This document shows, piece after piece, positions 35,870 through 49,063 of a stretch of 64,000 nt of DNA. Both the position numbers and the translations under genes were made by a program. How positions within the stretch are numbered: the first letter of the stretch is position 1; each line of letters opens with the position of its first letter. Source of the stretch: Mobula hypostoma (taxonomy: Eukaryota); NCBI RefSeq assembly GCF_963921235.1, contig NC_086097.1, forward strand, positions 204,292,001 through 204,356,000. The letters are read 5' to 3'. The notes below the pieces were generated by a model, which saw only the letters and a program-made list of their open reading frames with translations, was not told the DNA's origin and did no database searches.

Positions 35870-37225
35870 AAATTAAAATTTATTATCAGAGTACATACAT
35901 GACACCACATACAACCCTCAGAATTTTTTTTTTCCTGCGGGCGTACTTAGAGAATCTGTAGAACAGTGACTGTAAACAGGATCAATCAACAACAAACTGC
36001 AAATGCAGATATAAATAAATAGCAATAAATAATGAGCATGAAATAACAAGATAAGAGTTCCTAAATGAGTGTAGTTGTCCCCTTTTGTTCAAAAGCCTGG
36101 TGGTTGAGGGTTCTTGGACTGTTCTTGAACCTGGTGGTGCGAGTCCTGAGGCTCTTCTACCCTCTACCTGATGGCAGCAGTGAGAAAAGAGCATAGGTGG
36201 TGAAGAACTTTGATGATAGATGCTGCTTTTCTATGACAATATTTCATGTTGATGTGGTTGGGAGGGTTTTAGCTGTGATGCACTGAGCCGGATCTACTAC
36301 CTTTTGTAGGATTTTGTAAGACATTGGTGATCCCAGACCCGGCTGAAATACAGCCAGTCAGCACACTTTCCCCCCCAATATCTATAGAAGTTTGCCAAGG
36401 TTTTTGATGACATGTCAAATCTTTGCAGACTCCAGTGGAAGTAGAGGCATTGTTGTGCTTTCTTTGTAATTATATTTATATTATGGGTACAGGACAGGTC
36501 CTCTGAGATAGTGACACCCAGGAATTTAAAGTTATTGACCCTTTCCACCTCTGATCCTCTGATGAGTACTGGCTCACGAACCTCTGGTTTCCTTCTCCTA
36601 CACTCTACAATCAGATCCTTGGTCTTATTGACATTGAGTGTGAGGTTGTTGTTATTACACCACTCAGCCAAGTTTTCAATCTCCCTCCTGTGTGCTGATT
36701 CATCACCAAGTTTGATACTGTCCACAACAGTGGTGTCATCAGCAAACTTGTATATAGTGTTGGAGCTGTACAGCCACACAGTCAGAGGCGTAAAGCGAAG
36801 AGAGCAGTGGGTTAAGTATGCAGTCCTGTGCTGATGGAGATTGTGGAGGAGATGTCTTTGCTAATCCAGACTGACTGGTGTCTACAAATGAGGAAATCCA
36901 GGATCCAATTGCACAAGGGAGTATTGAGGCCCAGGTCCTGGAGTTTACTGATTAGTTTTGAGGGGATGATGATGTGAAATATCAAGCTGTAATTGATAGA
37001 GAGCATCCTGATGCATGCATCTTTGCTGTCCTGATGTTCCAGGGTTGTGTGAAGAGCCAACAACATAGCATCTGCTTTAGACCTGTTGCTTTGGTAGGCA
37101 AAATGGAGTGGATCCAAGTTGCCATTCTCTCAGGAGCTGATATGCTTCAACACCAGTCTCTCAAACACTTCATCTCTGTGGATGTAAGTGCCACTGGGGG
37201 ACAGTCATTTAGACATGTGTACCTA
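35870..37225 (-). mobile_element. Rex1/Babar LINE 3' half
   Basis: DPLHFAYQSNRS..LCNWILDFL; YKFADDTTVV..KFLGVTISEDLS. Confidence 0.9.
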
Positions 37226-37299
37226 AAGCACGGATTTGAGGGGTATGCGTGGGATCACTTGATAACTTCTGAGAGAGGGAAAGAAGAAAATTGCTGATG

Positions 37300-38130
37300 T
37301 TCTAGATATTCATAGGCTCAAGGTAGTACCAAGGGACTGGAATAATGCAAATTTTGTACCCATATTAAAAAAACGTATAGGAATAAACACATTAAGAAGG
37401 GACCAGAAGGGATAACCTTGGCAGTAGGCCAAGTTCTAGAAAGAAAATCAGGGAAATAATTGATTAGAGAGAAAGAAAGCATGGATGTATTAAAGACAAT
37501 TCGTGTCTAATGAATAGAAATTTGTGATGAAGTGAATGAGGGTCAATGAGGGAAGTCTATTTGGAGTAGCACATATGATATGGTAACACACTATAGATGT
37601 CCAGCAAAGATTGAAAGCTGTGGAATCAAAGAAGCTGTAGAAGACAAAAAGAAACCTGGTTATGTAGCAGAAACAGAAAGTAGTCATGAAATTGTTTTCT
37701 TGAAATAGGAGGGAGGTGTAGTGTGATGTTTCCCAGAGGTCATTGTGGGGCATTTGCTTTTTCTTGATATACTGTATATTAATGACTTGGATTTGAAAAT
37801 ACAGAGACATTTCATATAAGCAGCAGATGGTAAACTTGGAGGCATAGTGAACCATGAGGAAATTTGTAATTGGCTTCAAAAATTGTGCAGTCTGGTTGAA
37901 TGAGCAAACAGGTGGCAGATAAACTTTAATGGTAAGAAAAGTGAAGAATGAAAAGAGGCAATATAAACTCGATGGCAGATTTCTACAAATTATATAGGGA
38001 CACAGATCTAGATGTTTTTGTGCAGAAAGTGACAAAGATGCTCATGGGATCATATGTCTGATAAAGAGAGGCATGGAGTACAAGAACAAGGAAATCACGA
38101 TAAACCCTTATGAGGCACTTCTATACGCTC
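37300..38130 (+). mobile_element. Old CR1 RT relic
   Basis: VPRDWNNANFVP, YINDLD and other RT motifs, heavily disrupted. Confidence 0.65.
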
Positions 38131-39185
38131 CAGAGAAGAAAGCTGTTTTATGTGTAAGGGAATGCTCTGTACTTTGCCAGGTCTACCATAAAACCTGCAT
38201 CCAAGATCAAGGAGCATGGAAGAGCTTACTGCCATCTAATCATAGACCTTAGAATCCATTCTTTGTCATACTCCCATAGTTTTTCCTATGTACTTACACT
38301 ATTGTAGAAAGGCATTTATGTTGGTATCCCAAAGCAATTCCAAGAGTCCCATGCCCCAGAATACCTCTTTTAACATACTCTCACTTGCATATCCATAAAA
38401 ACCTACACCTGCACCCCATCTCTCATGTCAAAAATTTATACCTGCACTAGCGACAACACCCAGGATGTGGGATGACACCAGAGCACCTGAGGTAACCCAA
38501 AATGTCACAGGGAAAATGTGCAAAATCCAAACTGACAGGGCCATAGGTAGGATTGGACCCTCTTTGATGGAGCTGTTATGCTGTTGTGTCAAATGAGGAG
38601 AGAGGGCAACCTTGTTAACACATTTATAGACCCCACTATCCTGATGGCTGGGGGTTCAACTCCAATGCCAGATGGTGCTAGGATCAGTTTCAATTGCAGT
38701 ACAAGTTGAGGTCTTTCTACATCTGGATGTCACAGTAAAATATCAGACTACTCTTATGTCAAGTTTTCACTAGAAAATGTATGGTCTCCACAGCACATTT
38801 TCATCTCATGACAATTACATTTATGCTAGATCACACCTATATATTTTGTTCCATTTAAAGACCCATGACACTGTTGGGATTGCTCTGGAGATCTGCACTA
38901 GAAACTTTGACTATGCCTGTAAGTGCAAAGGTGAGGCTGTGGTCACTTAGATCTTGATCATAGAGGTCTTTGGTGTAGATCAGAAATTCCTCCACACCCT
39001 ACATAGAGATTCAGGTCAAAATCCTTGTCTATCCCACAGACATCAGTCCTTTGATTGTATAAATTGTAATCTCCAGTTATTTCTACATAAACTATCAAGT
39101 TGCATCGAGGTTTCAGCACTTTCCATCTTGGTGAGCACTGTTTAAAATGCCCTTTAATGCTGAGTACAGTTGAGACCTTCCTGTC

Positions 39186-39330
39186 CAACACACACAAAAT
39201 GCTGTAGCATCTCAGCCGGTCAGGCAGCAGCTATGAAAGGAAATGAACAGCTGACGTTTCGGGCTGAGACTTCCAGCATTTTGCATGTGTGGCCCAAGAT
39301 TTCCAGCATGTGCAGAAACTCTTCTGTCTC
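39186..39330. mobile_element. Penelope-like terminal-repeat fragments in inverted arrangement
   Basis: ACACACAAAATGCTG ... CAGCATTTTGCATGTGT; minus strand GTCTCAGCCCGAAACGTC is the 3' half of a minimal hammerhead; similar pieces at ~22470-22520 and ~27208-27265. Confidence 0.55.
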
Positions 39331-39387
39331 TGTGGAGCTTCCTGTGAAACTCTATATTCTCGTTGGGCATGGTTGTGAGTAACGCAG

Positions 39388-41125
39388 TGTGATGGGATCC
39401 TGAATTATCCCTATGAACTGAGTTTCTAAAAAGAGAGAGAGAGAGAGTTGTTCAACACAAGCACATTGTTACTGAGAGAGAGAGAGTGGCGAAGACTGCT
39501 GTGAGATGGTGTTATGGTTTCTCTGCAGCATGTTTACACTTTTGCAAGGACACTGCCAGGTTCTGTGTTCTTACAGAGAGAGAAAGGAGGAGCTGCTTGA
39601 TGGACAACTGGTGTTTAGCGTGGTGAGATAAATAGAAGGTCAGCTGATAGACAGGCAGATACATAGTTTTGGCACTGGATAAGCTTTGTTGTGCCCACAG
39701 GAAAAGGTGGGTTTTGGAGGATCGATCAGGAGGATCAATCAGTGGCTCTCACAGTGTGCAAAAGGTGTGACCGGTGGGCAGTTATTCATGTGTCCGACCC
39801 TCACCTGGGTTGATAATTCCACCAAAGAAGAACTGTCCCCTTTGCTGTGGTCACATTCGGTGACTTCTAAAGGATTTCGGATGACAACGGGAAGATCGAT
39901 GGCATCAGCTCACCTGAAGACTCAAACCTCTCTCTCTCTCTCCATCACTACTCAACTCCATACCATGAACTGAACTGAACTTTACTCATTACCGTAAGAC
40001 TGTAACCATTTACCCCTAGGCTTGAAGAAGCTTGGTTTTCATATATTTCTACACTTATATCAAACAGGTTAGCAATGATTTTATATATATCTGCATTTAT
40101 ATTACTGTATTTTGTAGTTGCTAATAAATTCCATTAGTTAATAGCAATACCGGACTCCAAAGTGTTTTCTATTTCTGCTGGTTCTTTAACCCGTCATGGG
40201 GTACATGACAAAAATAAACTATTCCACTGTTGAAAAGGAGTTGCTATCACTTATTCTGGCTTTACAACATTTTGAAGTCTATGTTTGTCCTGCCCTTGTG
40301 GTTTACACGGATCACAATCTGTTAATGTTTCTAGCTAAGATGAAGGACAAGAATAGAAGGTTATTAAACTGGAGTCTGGTATTGCTATTAACTAATGGTA
40401 TTTATTAGTAACTACGCAATACAGTAATATAAATGCAGATATATCAAACAGGTTAGCAATGATTTTATATTTATATATATGTGGAAATATATGAAAACCA
40501 AACTTCTTCAGGCCTAGGGGTAAATGAATACATTCTGACGGTAATGAGTAAAGTTCAGTTCGTGGTATGGTGTTGAGTAGTGATGGAGAGAGAGAGGTTT
40601 GAGTCTTCAGGTGAGCCGATGCCATTGATCTTCCCGTTGTCCTCTGAAATCCTTTAAAAGTCACCAAATGTGACCACAGCAAAGAGGTCCATTCTTCTGT
40701 AGTGGAATTATCAACCTAGGCGAGGGTTGGACACACGAATAACTCCCCACCGTTCACACCTTTTTCACACTGCGAGAGCCACTGATTGATCCTCGAAAGC
40801 CCACCTTTTCCTATGGACACAACAAAGCTCATCCAGTGTCCAAAACCATGTATCTTCCTGTCTATCAGCTGCTGACCTTCCATTTACCTCACCATGCTGA
40901 ACACCAGCTGTCCATCAAGCAGCTCCTCCCTTCTCTCTCTGTAAGAACACAGAAGCTGGCAGTGTCCTTGCAAAAGTGTAAACATGCTGCAGAGAAACCA
41001 TAACACCATCTCAAAACAGTCTTCGTCTCTCTCTCTCTCTCTCTCAATAACAAGGTTCTTGTGTTGAACAACTCTCTCTCTTTTTAAAAACACGGTTCAT
41101 AGGGATAATTCAGGATTCCGTCACG
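39388..41125. mobile_element. Inverted LTR pair (39388-40210 on +, ~40382-41125 on -) around a Gypsy RNase H fragment
   Basis: TGTGATGGGATCCTGAATTATCCCT vs AGGGATAATTCAGGATTCCGTCACG; left LTR ends TGACA at 40210; spacer encodes NYSTVEKELLSLILALQHFEVY..VYTDHN. Confidence 0.9.
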
Positions 41126-41244
41126 TGCAGTATGAAGGATTTTCAGGGTCAATGGCATTAGACAGAATGCCCAATCCATTTTTGGGAGGTTCTACACTGC
41201 TGTCGAAGATAATGCGCTTCCAAATCACAAATAAAGTAGTTTGA

Positions 41245-41530
41245 ATTTATTTATTTAGTGATACAGTGCAGATTAGACCCTTACAGCCCATTGATCCATG
41301 CCGCCGCTGCAACCCCACAATCCCGATTACCCTAACCTAATCACCGGACAATTTACAATGACCAATTAACCTACCCAATATGAATTTAGACTGTGGGAGG
41401 AAAACCGGAGAAAGTCTACACGTGCCACATGGAGGACATACAGGGAATCCTCACAGAACGGTGCCAGAAGTGAACTTGGAACTTCGCAATGCCTCCAGCT
41501 GTAATAGCATCGTGCTAACTGCAATGCTAA
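41245..41530 (-). mobile_element. V-SINE
   Basis: GACTGTGGGAGGAAAACCGGAG core and (TTTA)n tail. Confidence 0.8.
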
Positions 41531-42785
41531 ATGTAAACAACGTTTATATACCACCGATTAATTTTTAGGTGACCCTCTTGCTTGAAGATCCAGATTGTGA
41601 CAGAGGAAGAAGAGTCAAAGAAATTATATTCTGACATGCTCACAAACAACAAATTGGATAGTTAACAATGCTACTGCCAATTTTCATCACAAACTGAAAC
41701 TGTTGATGCCAATGGCAAAAAGCTTCAATGTTCCAAACAGCACAGAATTAAAGTCTAATCAATTAGAAAGGGAAATGAGTCATGGTATGAAAGTGGCTGC
41801 CTATTCTTTGTAGTACATTTTCCATTACTAGAGCATATCAAGATCATCTTTGTTTCAAGGAACCAGAAATAATCAGGTAACAGCAAGGCATAGGGCTATG
41901 AAGGCAAGGAATGGTATTCTAGTCCCAGAATAGAAAGTAGTAACCAAAATGCAACAGACTACTCTAAAATGATGCTTCCAACCAGGATGTGTCAAATAAT
42001 TCCATTACTTTTAAATGTATATGGAACTGTCACTGTAATCTCAAAAGCCTTACTTTGATCATTAGTTCCAGTATCTTGTGAGAAATTAAAAATAAGAATG
42101 CTTAATGAATTCATTAATCTCAAAATGTTCTGAGCAACCAGTTGCATTTGGTGATCACAGCAATGAAAAGAAATTATTAAGTGTGTCTTTCTTCCAATTC
42201 AAAGCTACTTAATATATGTTCAGGTATCTTGATTATGTTCTTCTAATCAGTGATTATGCTTTGTCTTAAAGTATGAACGTCTACCTATTCACAATAGGAA
42301 TGCAAGGAATAGATTTTTGTATATTCCATTTGCTGGGGAATTGAATCTTAAGACTATTTCTCTACCCTTTGGAAGATACAACAGATTGTTCATGCTCCCA
42401 CAGAATATCTCTCTCTGTCTCTCTCAATCAATTTCAGAGTGAACTTTATAGGACTTTAAAACATCTTGAAGAAAATGCTGTCATAACAGATTACATTTTA
42501 TTTTGCTGCAGAGTACAAATTATAATTGAAATCTAGAAACCCTTGTAAAGCAGTTTTAACAACACGGTATCAAAAGGAACAAAAGTGAAATTCAGATGAA
42601 TGAATTGGTGGAGGAGTACTTAGGGCACAAATTCTTTGAAGGAAGACCATAATCAGAATATACTGGAGTTAAATCAGAAAAAAAGTTACTCAATATACCT
42701 ATCTCAGTCAGCTTACTTCAAGGATGATACGTTTGACACTGGTTTACTGAAAAATGAACCTGGGACTTAATTAAATACTAACATG

Positions 42786-43245
42786 GATGTTGCCGGGACT
42801 TGACGACCTGAGTTATAGGGAAGGGGTGAATTGGTTAGGACTGTGTTCTCCAGAACATAGAAGATTGGGTGGAGATTTGATAGAGGTATACACAATTATG
42901 AGGGGTATATTTAGGGTAAATGGGAGCAAGCTTTCACCGCTAAGGCTGAGTGAGGCTGCAATTAAAGGTTATGGGTTAAGGGTGAAAAGTGAACAGTTTA
43001 AGGGGAACATGAGGGGCATCTTCTTCACTCAGAGTGGTGAGAGTGTGGAATGAGCTGCCAGCACAAGAGGTGCATGCAGAGTCGATTTCAACCTTGAAGA
43101 GAAATTTGGATAGGTATATGGATAGTAAGGGTATTGAGGGCTATGGTCCATGTGCAGGTCGATGAGAATAGGCAGATTAATGTTTTGGCCAGTCTAGATA
43201 GGCCGAATCTGTGCTGCAGTGTTCTTTGACTCTACGACTCTCTAT
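42786..43245 (+). mobile_element. CR1 3' fragment
   Basis: MLPGLDDLSYRE..RRLGGDLIEVY followed by 3' UTR. Confidence 0.88.
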
Positions 43246-43917
43246 GGGCATGATGTGTAATTTGCCTGTGCCCATTTATTGCAATGTAAGGTTCATTCCT
43301 GCTCTGTGTTGGATGATTATTGTAATGATTTTGGTGTTCAGCCAGCACAAAACAGACTATTTGTCAACTGGATGCAATGAGACAGTGCTAGTTGAAATCT
43401 AGAATGTTCTGCTCAAAGGTAGAATATGCCATTTAAAGGAATGATGTAGACTGGCTAGAGAAGGCACTGTTTGCTGAACCTGGAGGTAGTGAAGAATGAT
43501 GTGGCATGCAAAGCAACAGCTGTGAAAAATTCAATGGCCTCCCAAGGAACACAAATTCAACAGCCGCATTTTAAAATCATCCATCCTTAACAATAGCATG
43601 TCTCACAGCCCGGCCTAATTTACCACCCCTCCATTACTCACCTTTGAACAGTTTTTGTTTCACAATCAGCTGGCGCAAATTCACTTCATTCACTCTGCTG
43701 CGTTGTCACATGGCCTGCTGCAAAATCCACACCCACACCTCAGAGCTTGCACAGCTAGTCAGCCATGGCAAGGATCTGCCCATCTCACAACTTGCCTGAG
43801 ACAGATGGAGTGGATCATGTATTCCTGCAGGCAGCAAAATTACATGAGTTCTGCTGACAAGGACTTAGATGAGGATGTCAGTGCACCAAGCTATGGAAGT
43901 TTGAAGGTTCCCATAAT

Positions 43918-44813
43918 GAAATGAATGAATGAATGAATGATCTTTATTGTCATTATACATAGGTATAATGAAACTCTGTTTGGCTTCCACTCAGACAATT
44001 AAATAAAGCGGTAGATAAAAACAAGAGAGTAATAGAAAAACAGTATTAAATACATAAGTAGCAGAAAATAAGTTGCAGCAGCACCAGAATATCACAGTAA
44101 TGCACAAAGTGCCGGTAGTGTAAGTATTTTTACTACAAAAAGATAACCTCTCACTAAAGATTAAACAAGATTGGGAGAGAGAACTTAATATGACCTTTGT
44201 TAATGAAGATTGGTTGCGAGTTCTGAAAATGGTCAATTCTTCTTCAATATGTGCCAATCACTGTTTAATTCAATTTAAAATTGTTCACCGTTATTACTTA
44301 ACAAAGGAGAGACTATCCAAAATATTTCCTAACACTGACAACTATTGTGATAGGTGTAAAACTGAAGTAGCCACTTTGTCACATATGTTCTGGTCATGTT
44401 CTTCATTAAAATCTTTTTGGAAATCTTTATTTTCTACAACGTCTAAAGCTCTGAAAATTAATTTACAACCTAATACACTGACTGTTCTATTTGGAATAGT
44501 TCCGTATCATATTCATGGTATTTCATCTTCAGCCCAACATGTAATTGCATTTGTTACATTGTTGGTAAGAAGGGCTATTTTATTGTAATGGAAAGATACC
44601 TCTGTTCCTACATTAATTCAATGGTTTTCCCAAGTAATGTTATATCTTAGTTTGGAAAAAATTAGAAGTAGAGCTTTTGATCCTCGATTTGATATCAAGA
44701 GAAGATGGGGCTCTTTTGCCAAATATTATCATTTAATTTGAATTAATTTATATGGTTTCCTTCCAATCTTATTTTATATAAATGTGAATTGGCGGTTGAT
44801 GATTTTTCTTCTT

Positions 44814-44845
<32 letters not shown>

Positions 44846-45720
44846 ATTGTAGGATGTATTGCTCTGGGAGTTGGTTCCTAATGGTTTTTTCCTTCTTTTT
44901 TTCTTTTTCTTTCTCTTGTAGTTGGTATTTTTGTTTTCTTTTAGTTAGTTGGGGTTTTCTTTTCTCCTTTTCTTTATAAAAATTTTTTTCATTATCATAT
45001 TATTCTTTTTTGATATGACTTTTTTCTTCAGCTTTATTAACTGCATATATATCAATTTGTTGAAGTCTTTTATCATTTTATAGCTGTAGAAGATTATGTA
45101 TCAATAAAAAGATTTTTTAAATGAAAATGTTAGTGCTAGTATTTGAGTCCTTGTGTCTGCATGTGTGTGCTCACAGTTTCAGTCATTGTTCTGTGGGAGT
45201 GGTGTGATGGAGGCCACAGCTCTGGGATAGAAGCTGTTCCTCAGTCTGTTTGTTCTGGCTTTTAGTGTCCTGAACTTTTTGCTGGACGGCAGCGGGTCAA
45301 ACAGGGAGTGGCCGGGGTGCGTGGTGTCTCTGGTTATGCTGATTGCTTTCCTCCTGAGTCTGCTGGGATAGATGGTGTCCAGTCCTGGGAGCTCCATCCT
45401 GACAATTTGCTGGGCTGCCTTCACCACGCGATGCAGGTCTTGTCGCTCAGCAGCTGTGCAGCTGGCATACCACACTGTGGCGCTGTTGGTCAGGATGGTT
45501 TCAATTGTGCTTCTGTAGAAGTTAAGCAACAGCTTTTGTGAGAGTTTGGCCTATTTCAGCTTTCTAAGGAAGAAGAGTCTTTGTCGTGCCTTTTTTACAA
45601 GCAGCAAAGTGTTGGTGGTCCATGTCAGCTATTTTGACAACATAACTCCAAGGAAATGCATGGTGCATTGGCAGGCTTTCCAGAAAGTTAGCATTCAGTG
45701 TGAAGGACTGTCTATAAGCT
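43918..45720 (-). mobile_element. Rex1/Babar 3' fragment interrupted by an L1
   Basis: NFYRSTIETILT..DTTHPGHSLFDPLPS..NSFYPRAV (45179-45529); 3' UTR continues at 43918-44129 with a (TCAT)n tail. Confidence 0.85.
44130..45130 (+). mobile_element. L1 LINE 3' end
   Basis: IQFKIVHRYY..CDRC..HMFWSC CCHC domain; T-rich 3' UTR, AATAAA, decayed A tail; 14-bp TSD TAGTGTAAGTATTT (44116-44129) / TAGTGCTAGTATTT (45131-45144). Confidence 0.9.
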
Positions 45721-46109
45721 TGGCTTAAAAGTGACGCAGTACCTTGCAAGAGGTTCTAATCTATTCTGCTCAAGATAGAAGAGATGGGCGCACAATTGTA
45801 GATTCAAAGATAATTAGCCATAGACACTCTTGGAAGTTTCCTTAGTAGCAGAGGTCACACTCACCACTCATGGGAGATGCCAAGGCCTTGAAAAGTCAGT
45901 CTGTTGCCAAATAAAGCCACTTCACAATTGTGCAGCTCGCAGCGTTTTACAGCTGTCTCCCATAGTGACTTGAACTGTGGGGCACTGCCCAGGGGTATCA
46001 CTCAGTGTCTTCTTGGTTCACTAATCTGGTGAACTCATTAGTAATTCCACATCAGGCACTGCTCCAGATCCTCTGCTTTAGCCTGCTGGTCAGTCAACCA
46101 ATGTTGAGA

Positions 46110-46575
46110 TTAAAAAAAGACAAGAAGTCAACTTTATTGTCACAAGTAGATGTATGCACAGGCATAATGAAAATTTTACTTGCAGCTGCATTGTTGTTAC
46201 ATAATGTTAGATAAGCAGCATTCACAAGAAAAACATAAATGAAACATAAAATATACCCAGATAGAACAAACTAACACAAAGTACATGGTAGTGCAAAGTG
46301 ATCAAAGTGGTACTATATTGTGGTAGTGATTAGGATTGCTCAAGGATGAAATGGATGAAGGAGCGTAGATGTTCTTCAAACTGGTGGTATGGGACTTTCG
46401 AATTCTGTAGCTCCATCCTGACGTATCTGAGATGATAGCATGGCCCAGAAGGTGGGGATCTTTGCTGATAGACATTGCTTCTGTGAGGGAACCCCTCCTG
46501 TAGATACTACTGATGGTGGGGAGGGATGTGCCCTCATGTACTGAGCAGAGTCCACTCCTCTCTGCAGCTTCTTCC
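46110..46575 (-). mobile_element. Rex1/Babar 3' end, decayed
   Basis: SLPTISSIY..SISKDPHLLGHAI..SHTTSLKN. Confidence 0.65.
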
Positions 46576-46577
46576 CA

Positions 46578-46831
46578 TTTATTTAGTGACACAGCAAGAC
46601 AACAAGCCTCTCTGACTCATGAGCCCACGCCACCCAGTTACACCCACGTTTCCAATTAACTTCCTGTACAAACCCCTATGTGCTTGGAATGTGGGGGAAA
46701 CCAGAGCACCCGGAGGAAATGCATGCAGTCACGGGGAGAATGTACAACTTGCTTACAGACAGTGACCGGAATTGAACCCAGGTCACTGGCATGGTGATAG
46801 CTTTACACCAACTACCATTCTACTGTGCCAC
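46578..46831 (-). mobile_element. V-SINE
   Basis: GGAATGTGGGGGAAACCAGAGCACCCGGAGGAAA and GGAATTGAACCC. Confidence 0.85.
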
Positions 46832-47436
46832 CAGTTTGAATTGCTGTACCAGACTATGGCCATTAGCATCAGATGGGGCAGTCTAACGATGGAACAGTAT
46901 GTTCTAAAGTCAGAGATATTTGTAGATGTTTCCCTCGAGCCACGTGTCTACTCCTTCACTGGAAATCAGTGGTCTTTCTCCATTTGTGTTAGAACCGCCA
47001 TGAGAGTGCTGCGGTAGAGAAGGGCACACTGATGACAGAAAATAAAGGATGCAGAAGGGTGATTTTCTTGCAGAATGGCATGAGTATATACTTGCTTTGA
47101 AGGGTATAGTTTGTGTTGCTTCTTACTTTTTGCAATGAAGAATAGGAAGCAATGGTCAGTTACAAATGATAAGGACTGTGGTGAATGGTGAACTGGGAAT
47201 GAGGATACTGCTATCACTGCTGAATTAGTTTCTCATGCAGAGCCAGGGAGGAAAACATGGTTAAGTTGCAACCTCCTGCCCTCATCTGTTCCTTCTTATG
47301 CTTGTATTTCTCCTGCCTTCTTGTTAAATAATTGATTTCCACAGTTACTATTCTGTGACAGCCAGGAAATTTATGGCATAGAAGGTAGCTGTATTGGAAT
47401 TCGTAATGCTGAAGCTCAAAGATCCTGCCTCACCGT

Positions 47437-47650
47437 CTAGTGTATTACTGAGTCAATGTAGTGTTGTTGGAGGTGCCGCCTTTAACTACCAGACCTGCCT
47501 TCTCAGGTGGATGTAAACAATGCCATGGCTTTCTTTTACAAAGACTAGATTATTCCAAATGTTTAACTCTCCCTTAGCAATAGTAAACTGATTGCCATAT
47601 TTTTGTTTGTGTATTTGTATATTTCCACGGGGATCACACTTCAGGTGAAG
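47437..47650 (+). mobile_element. DeuSINE (AmnSINE1/SacSINE1-like Deu-domain) relic
   Basis: TTGGAGGTGCCGCCTTT..CTGCCTTCTCAGGTGGATGTAAACAATGCCATGGC resembles the Deu-domain core as I recall it. Confidence 0.6.
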
Positions 47651-48089
47651 TGTTGAGCTCATTTCCATGAGTAGTGGATGTGGAAGGAAGAAAACAAAGG
47701 CTGAGAAAAGACAAATAGGAGCCTGACTGTGTTTACTGCAAGCTTATATTGGGTTCAGGTAAATTGAAGACATGGAAGGTATAGCTATTACGGAACTGCA
47801 GCATAAAGAGAGGCATTTGTTAATAAGTTTAATGTTCTAAGTTACAAGTTTTTAGGAGGAGATAGAGGCATAAAAAGAAAATGGGTGACATTACTGATGA
47901 TAGAAACTATTACAACTATGGAAAAGCTTTTCATCAGAAGGATCATCAAATGAATTTGAACCAAGGAACAAAAAAGGGGGAATTACATTGCTGGGTGATT
48001 ACCATAGACCGCTAATTAATCTCAGGGGAACAGAACAAATTTGTAAGCAAATCTCTCACAAAAAGGACCTAGTGTTTTCCCAGTGTATA

Positions 48090-48266
48090 TGACAAATAAA
48101 CACTTCTCAGGCTTCCTGCCTGGTACAGGTATCTATTATAACTGAAGTTTCGATGACAAACTCTGACATCTTCAGGGATGAAGAAGATGGCAGAGTTTGT
48201 CAAAGAAACGTCGGTTATAATTGATACCCGTACCCAACTGAAAGCCTGAGAAGAGTTTATTTGTCA
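48090..48266. mobile_element. 177-bp palindrome of two inverted Penelope-like terminal repeats with minimal hammerhead relics
   Basis: TGACAAATAAACACTTCTCAGGCTT / AAGCCTGAGAAGAGTTTATTTGTCA; ATGAAGA-A-GATGGCA-GAGTT-TGTCAAA-GAAACGTC at 48178-48212. Confidence 0.7.
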
Positions 48267-48849
48267 AATTTCTTGCAAGTATGAAAGGGGTATGCAGTAA
48301 ATGTGGGGATATCAAATTCTCAATTAACTGCACAACAGTCAATGGAAGTTTACAGAGCATTCTAGTGATGTGTTTTAGCCCTGATGCAACAAGCCCAATG
48401 AGATATTTAGGGCAGATGGACAAACATCAGTGGAAGAATGTCTTAGGGTGATCATAAATCAATTAGATTCAGCATGCTGATGGAAAATGACAAAGGTAAA
48501 ATGGGAGTAAATGATCTAAATGGGGTATGGTCTGTTCTACTACACTGTAAAGTAGTTTAGAAAAATGCACTGGAAACATCTTCTTGAAGGTAAATCAATC
48601 TCGGAACAAAGGGAGCATTTTAGAATGATATTGAAGAGCTTTGGAATAAACATGTTTCGACAAATGAAACTGGAAGAGGCTGCCAAATTCAAATCTCTCT
48701 GGATGATGAAGTGCAAAGACGTACAATAAGAAGAAAACAATGTTGCTTTTATCAGACGGAAAGGGCTTAATACAGCTGAAAGCCTAGAAGAGAACAGAAG
48801 CTAAAAGGAAAATTAGGAATGTAGAGGAACATTATTTAATTGTGAGTGA

Positions 48850-49063
48850 CACAGTAGTCCGACAGTTAGCATAACACTATTACAATTCCACCACTGTCTG
48901 TACATTCTCTCCATGACCGCGTGCAATTCCAGGTGTTCCAGTTTCCTACCACATTCCCAAAATGTGCAAGTTAGTTGGTTAATTGATCACATGGGTGTAA
49001 TTAGGTGGTGTGGGCTTGTTGGGCCAGAAGGCCTGTTACCATGCTGTTTCTCCAGATAAAAAA
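48850..49063 (+). mobile_element. V-SINE, internally deleted
   Basis: GGTGTTCCAGTTTCCTACCACATTCCCAAAATGTG core and A-rich end. Confidence 0.7.

Noticed and set aside
37490..38035. 181-aa minus-strand ORF
   Set aside because: Antisense to a decayed CR1 RT; its F/L/I/C-rich composition is typical of a spurious frame.
39253..39272. Functional hammerhead in Penelope tail fragments (also ~27210)
   Set aside because: Only the GAAAC(G)UC half remains; the CUGANGA segment is missing.
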